This document shows positions 59,645 through 64,000 of a stretch of 64,000 nt of DNA, piece by piece. Below the pieces are notes generated by a model. The model saw nothing but the letters and a program-made list of their open reading frames with translations, did not search any database and was not told the DNA's origin. This DNA is from Candidatus Latescibacterota bacterium. GTDB taxonomy: Bacteria > Latescibacterota > CBDEFO01. Location of the stretch: positions 492,595 to 556,594 of the forward strand of contig CBDEFO010000004.1 of the NCBI GenBank assembly GCA_965237525.1, written 5' to 3'. Both the position numbers and the translations under genes were made by a program. The number at the start of each line of letters is the position of its first letter. The first letter of the stretch is position 1.

Positions 59645-60418
59645 TTATTCGGGAATTGCCCTTCGAAAATCTTCCGCAAGGGATCTTGCAGCACGGTGCA
59701 ACATTCCCAACTCATCCGTCCCTTCAAAGAATCTGGCTCCCATGTCGCTCCACTTCTTTGTGTCCTCGTAACCGTGAGTGTATATCCCCGGTGTAGAACC
59801 GTGCCTTTGTGCAGCCTCGAAGATCGCCTCGACGGCATCGGTGAACTTAGTGGTATCGAATCCACCGGGCACTCCAAGAGAAATTGACAGGTCATAGGGA
59901 CCTATGAACACCACGTCCACCTGTGGATTGGACGCTATAGCGTCAGCGTTTTCTGCGCCCTCCTCTGTCTCGATGTGAGCCACCACCAGAGTGGTTTCAT
60001 CGGCTTCCTTTATAAAATCGGATATGTTGATCTGGCGATAGTCAGAATTGCCGTATCCCGCGGCGATAGCGCGATCTCCGACGGGAGGAAAGTTCATCCA
60101 GCTTACGAGCGTATCGATGTCATCTCGTGTGTTGGTGCGGGGGAGCTGTATTCCGACGATCCCACAGTCTAGGAGCCTCGCGGTCTCCCCGCGATCCAGG
60201 CATCCGACCTTGGCTACTGCAGGAAGGTCATTATCCCTTCCTGCCACCACTATATCGGTCAGTTGAGTCGGAGAGAAGAACCCATGCTCGTTCTCGATGA
60301 AGACGAAGTCAAATCCCGCCTGAGCGTAGATCTTAATCAGAGATGGCCGGGAGTACTCAGCTAAAGTAGCTCCTATCACTGTCTTGCCTTCTTTCAACAT
60401 GGCTTTAAGATTCTTCAT
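59645..60418 (-). CDS. HpcH/HpaI-family class II pyruvate aldolase
   Basis: GFDFVFIE.EHG, FPP.G.R, IET, FIGP.DLS motifs. Confidence 0.9.
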   Translation of the reverse strand: MKNLKAMLKEGKTVIGATLAEYSRPSLIKIYAQAGFDFVFIENEHGFFSPTQLTDIVVAGRDNDLPAVAKVGCLDRGETARLLDCGIVGIQLPRTNTRDDIDTLVSWMNFPPVGDRAIAAGYGNSDYRQINISDFIKEADETTLVVAHIETEEGAENADAIASNPQVDVVFIGPYDLSISLGVPGGFDTTKFTDAVEAIFEAAQRHGSTPGIYTHGYEDTKKWSDMGARFFEGTDELGMLHRAARSLAEDFRRAIPE

Positions 60419-60528
60419 TGCAACTCCAGTTCGGGAAGGAAAAGTTGAAAGTTCAGAAAACCGAAAGATACGTCAGTAGAATATACAGATTTTCAATGTT
60501 CACGTCAAGCCGAGAAAAGACAGGGCAA

Positions 60529-61674
60529 CTACGACGTCCTGTCCCCCTCGGGATGCCAGCGCGTGACAGACACGTGGGTTATGGCATCAGGTTGCGTAAT
60601 GTAATAGGCTGTAAGGATAGAACCATCGTCCAGCTCCGTCGAGATCGGATAGCCCACATCAGAACTTCCGGACCCGGGCTGCGCGTGTTTCTCTGCAGGC
60701 CAAGAACTCGAAGTGGTACCGGCGTCGTCTCTTAACACATACTCGTGATCTAAATCCCAGGTGTTCCCTCTGTCTTGGCTAATGAGCGCACGCACTCCCA
60801 TAGGTTTACGACGATAGCCGAATGTGCACAAGATGCGTCCATCGTGCAACTTCAACAGATGGTTCGGATAACCCTGGAACTTCGTTTCCACCGGTTGAGT
60901 CCACGTTGTACCGCCGTCCTCGGACCACACCTCCAGGGTGTATATCCTGTCATTCTCCGGATTTCCCCATCTATAGCCCCAGCGGAGGTGTCCCAGCAAA
61001 CGTCCAGGTGCTACCTCTACCAATGCCCACTCGTTGCACACCCTTGGGACTGCTAAATAGAGCCTCCACGTCTCCCCTCTGTCGGCAGACCGGAAGATCA
61101 GACCGTCACCGCCTCCATCCTTCCGACTCGTGTAGACGGGGAAGAGCCAGGTTCCGTCCTCAAGGACCGTGCCGCGCGGGAATCCAATCAGACTAATGTA
61201 TCCCGGCACTGTCCAGGTTCGCCGATCCCACGTGGTGCCCTTATCCTGTGACCTTATCACCACCAGCCGATGCCCCGACACGACAAGCTTTCCGGGGAGT
61301 TGCTGGGAGATTATCTCGTCCTCTATTATTCTCAATCCACGAGCATCAGCTTCGGCGCGCCGACCGAAATCCCAAAGCTCATGTCCTACCGATCCCACTG
61401 CCATAAAGCTGCCGTCGGGCATTATACGGGAGAGTCTATCGTACTTCTCACGCGGGGTAGTCCCGGGCCAATTGGGAGGCAGCGTCGGATCGTCCGACCG
61501 CTGCCAGGTAGCACCGCTGTCCGATGACACAAACACTGCCCAATCCCCCATTCCCATATGATCGCCAACTGGCGAGGAGATGAAGCCCAGTGTCAACCGT
61601 CCGTCCGGGAGGTGGTCCAAAACGGGAAACGCGTTGTAGCGCCCCTTTTCCTTCAAAATTATCGTGTGTTCCAT
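60529..61674 (-). CDS. BNR/Asp-box (sialidase-like) beta-propeller protein
   Basis: Five Asp-boxes (SSDSGATW, SQDKGTTW, SADRGETW, SEDGGTTW, SQDRGNTW), AFP and DVGYP motifs. Confidence 0.85.
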   Translation of the reverse strand: MEHTIILKEKGRYNAFPVLDHLPDGRLTLGFISSPVGDHMGMGDWAVFVSSDSGATWQRSDDPTLPPNWPGTTPREKYDRLSRIMPDGSFMAVGSVGHELWDFGRRAEADARGLRIIEDEIISQQLPGKLVVSGHRLVVIRSQDKGTTWDRRTWTVPGYISLIGFPRGTVLEDGTWLFPVYTSRKDGGGDGLIFRSADRGETWRLYLAVPRVCNEWALVEVAPGRLLGHLRWGYRWGNPENDRIYTLEVWSEDGGTTWTQPVETKFQGYPNHLLKLHDGRILCTFGYRRKPMGVRALISQDRGNTWDLDHEYVLRDDAGTTSSSWPAEKHAQPGSGSSDVGYPISTELDDGSILTAYYITQPDAITHVSVTRWHPEGDRTS

Positions 61675-61724
61675 TGAGTAGAACTCCCTGTTTTTATCAC
61701 ATCGAGTGAATTTCCAGCTTACTT

Positions 61725-62910
61725 CTACAGCCTGTCCCTGTCGGGATGCGAACGCGCGCATGCAACGTGAGTTATGGCGTCAGGCGTCGTGATGTAATAG
61801 ACAGTCAAAATCGAACTTTCCTCTAACTCTACTGAGGTTGGATAACCCACATCGGAACTACCGAACCCGGGAATCTCATACTGCGGAGGACTCCAAGCGT
61901 CTGAAGTGGTGCCTCCATCATCTCACAACACATATTCGTGATCTAAATCCCAGGTGCGTCCTCCATCCTCGCTTATGAGAGCGCGCAACCCATAGGCTTG
62001 CGGCGATACCCGAACGTGCATAAGATGCGCCCATCTCTTAACTTCAATAGATGATTCGGATAGCCCTGAAAGGACGCCTCCACAGGGTATGTCCACGTTA
62101 ACCCGCCGTCCTCCGACCAGACCTCCAGAGCATATATCCTATCCCCGATTGAACCCCCGATTAAATCGGGGGTTGGGGACCTCGGATGTCCCCAACGATA
62201 GCCACTGCGGATGTGTCCTAATAGCAATCCTGACTCCACCTCCAAAATCGACCACTCGCCGCCTGCTCTCGGGTACGCCCCATGCAATCTCCACGTCTCT
62301 CCCCCATCGGTCGACCGGAAGATCAGACCATGTCTGGTCCCATCCTTCCACATAGCGTAGATGGGATAGAGGAAGGCCCCGTCCTGAAGCATCATAAGGA
62401 GTAGATGGAGCGGAACACCGTGGACATTCGTGTATCCCGGCACTGTCCACTCACGACCCTCCCAAGCAGCACCCTTATCCCAAGATCGCGTCACTAATAA
62501 CTTATAAGCCGACACCATGAGTTTCCCTGGGAAGTGCTCATGCTCCCGGGATCTGAATCGGCGCGCCTCAGCTTCGGAGCTCCTCAGCTTCGGAGCGCCG
62601 ATCGAGGTTCCAAAACTCATATCACGAAAACCTCACCGCCAGGAAACTCGCATTGCACACTATCCCGCAGGATCGGCTCATCCTCTGACCGGACGTCTTT
62701 GACGGTCAATTGTCAGGCAGTGTCGGATCGTCTGATGGATTCTGAGTTGCTCCGTAGTCTTTTGACACAAAGACTACTCAACCTATTCCCAAATGATTGG
62801 CAGACCTAAAGCCTGACAGCCTATCCTGAACTGACCATCAGGAAGGTAGTACGATCCCTGGGAAACGAGCCGCAGCGCCCTTTCTTCTTCACTATGATCT
62901 TGCGCTCTAA
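61725..62910 (-). pseudogene. Degenerate tandem paralog of the BNR protein
   Basis: Colinear with 60529-61674 but with several frameshifts and stops; longest ORF 61973-62620. Confidence 0.85.
62143..62178. repeat. Nested mini-palindrome inside the BNR pseudogene
   Basis: CCCCGATTGAA-[CCCCCGATTAAATCGGGGG]-TTGGGG; absent from the intact paralog. Confidence 0.88.
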
Positions 62911-62947
62911 AGGGCAAACCTCCTTTCCAGATCGGTCATCCTGAGCA

Positions 62948-62985
62948 CAAAAAAATCCCCGTCCGGAATTCTCCTGAACGGGGAA
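62948..62985 (-). terminator. Terminator-like hairpin
   Basis: TCCCCGTTCAGGAGAATTCCGGACGGGGA followed by a T run on the minus strand. Confidence 0.55.
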
Positions 62986-63312
62986 GAATTTATAAATGCC
63001 AGATGCTAAGGCCGCCTTCCTTCAGTCTGAAACTCATCAAATGTCGGTTACACGATGATTTTGCAGTAACGACCACTTCTGACCTGCCGATCTCTCACCG
63101 GCTTTTCTGCTACTTTTGTAAGCATCGCTACACAATTTTTCAAGGTTGTGCAGCCGTGCTCGGTTCTCTATAAGAGTAGACGTTCCACAAAGCTTTCTCT
63201 CACCATCTGTGACAGCAGCTTTATGATGGAGACCTTATCAAGCAACCTCTTCAGGTTTAGTCAATACCACTTTATGAAACAGTGTTATCCTCTCAATAAG
63301 GCTAATTCAAAC

Positions 63313-63516
63313 CTATGCGGGTTTGACTACATGAGACGCTTGGAGCCCTTTGGGACCTTGTACGATCTCAAACTCGACTTCTTGTCCTTCGCTTAGAGTC
63401 TTGAATCCGTCCTGCTCAATAGCTGAGAAATGGACAAAGACATCTTCTCCATTATCCTGTTCAATGAAGCCGTAACCTTTGCTATCATTGAACCACTTCA
63501 CCCTACCGATAGGCAC
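63313..63516 (-). CDS. Cold-shock protein (CspA family)
   Basis: [22 protein letters not shown]...GFKTL.EGQ.V.F; GTG start after an AGGGGG RBS. Confidence 0.96.
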   Translation of the reverse strand: MPIGRVKWFNDSKGYGFIEQDNGEDVFVHFSAIEQDGFKTLSEGQEVEFEIVQGPKGLQASHVVKPA

Positions 63517-63866
63517 ATAAATCACCCCCTTTTTACTTGGAATTTCAAGGATGGAGCTTATGACCTCTTGCCAATCCTGTCCTCACTAAAATCGATCCAG
63601 ACAAGACCTTGCTCCAACCGCTGAAAGCGTACAGTAAGATAAGCTACTTAACTGTATCTGTCAAGTATTTTTTGAATAGTTTGATATTTTTTTTCGCCTA
63701 TAACTTGGATATTCGATCGTAATTCGGTTCAAAATGACGTGAATGGTATCACTTATATATTGACTTTCAAAGTTGTGTTGCATATATTTTCGTTACCGAC
63801 AATTGGATCAGAATTTTTCATCAGGCAAAAAAGCGGTCCGTGTAAATAGAGGCAAAGGAACTCCAG

Positions 63867-64000
63867 ATGGCGCTTATAAAGATCGGCAATTCTCTTCAGT
63901 GCGGCCTCAGAGCAGTTCGAAATTCTGTCGAAAAGCTATTCAGCGACGATAAATTGGATGTCTATGAAGGCAGAAAGCATGTTTTGCATGTGATAAACGA
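63867..64000 (+). CDS. Partial ORF running off the window end, unknown product
   Basis: AGGA RBS, ATG at 63867, open to the end of the window (MALIKIGNSLQC...). Confidence 0.35.
   Translation, partial: MALIKIGNSLQCGLRAVRNSVEKLFSDDKLDVYEGRKHVLHVIN

Overview
Bacterial chromosomal window. Gene content and C-terminal tail motifs suggest an FCB-group or candidate-phylum organism such as Latescibacterota or Poribacteria (inference only). Housekeeping genes (tyrS, murA, zapA, glmM-like, fabF, prmC, prfA, rpmE, rho, csp) are interleaved with: (i) a catabolic accessory region at 7-21 kb with a tandem array of enolase-superfamily paralogs; (ii) a 17-kb minus-strand envelope cluster at 21.5-38.6 kb encoding WGRIK-tail proteins, three FlgD-Ig/CHU_C-tailed secreted proteins, a 903-aa probable outer-membrane protein, a GT-C/TPR glycosyltransferase and a PPIase lipoprotein; (iii) many mobile elements (two IS1182 copies with a TTAG target, IS481-like elements next to sigma70 promoters, IS3/IS1595/IS1380 remnants, a 250-bp MITE, REP-like repeats). 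The most unusual signal is a 21-nt hairpin, CCCCGATTGAATCTATCGGGG, at 12 loci. It sits in-frame inside conserved genes (glmM-like, fabF twice, prmC), nests inside itself, and is present or absent between paralogous sequences in this window. No rRNA, tRNA or CRISPR array was recognised.
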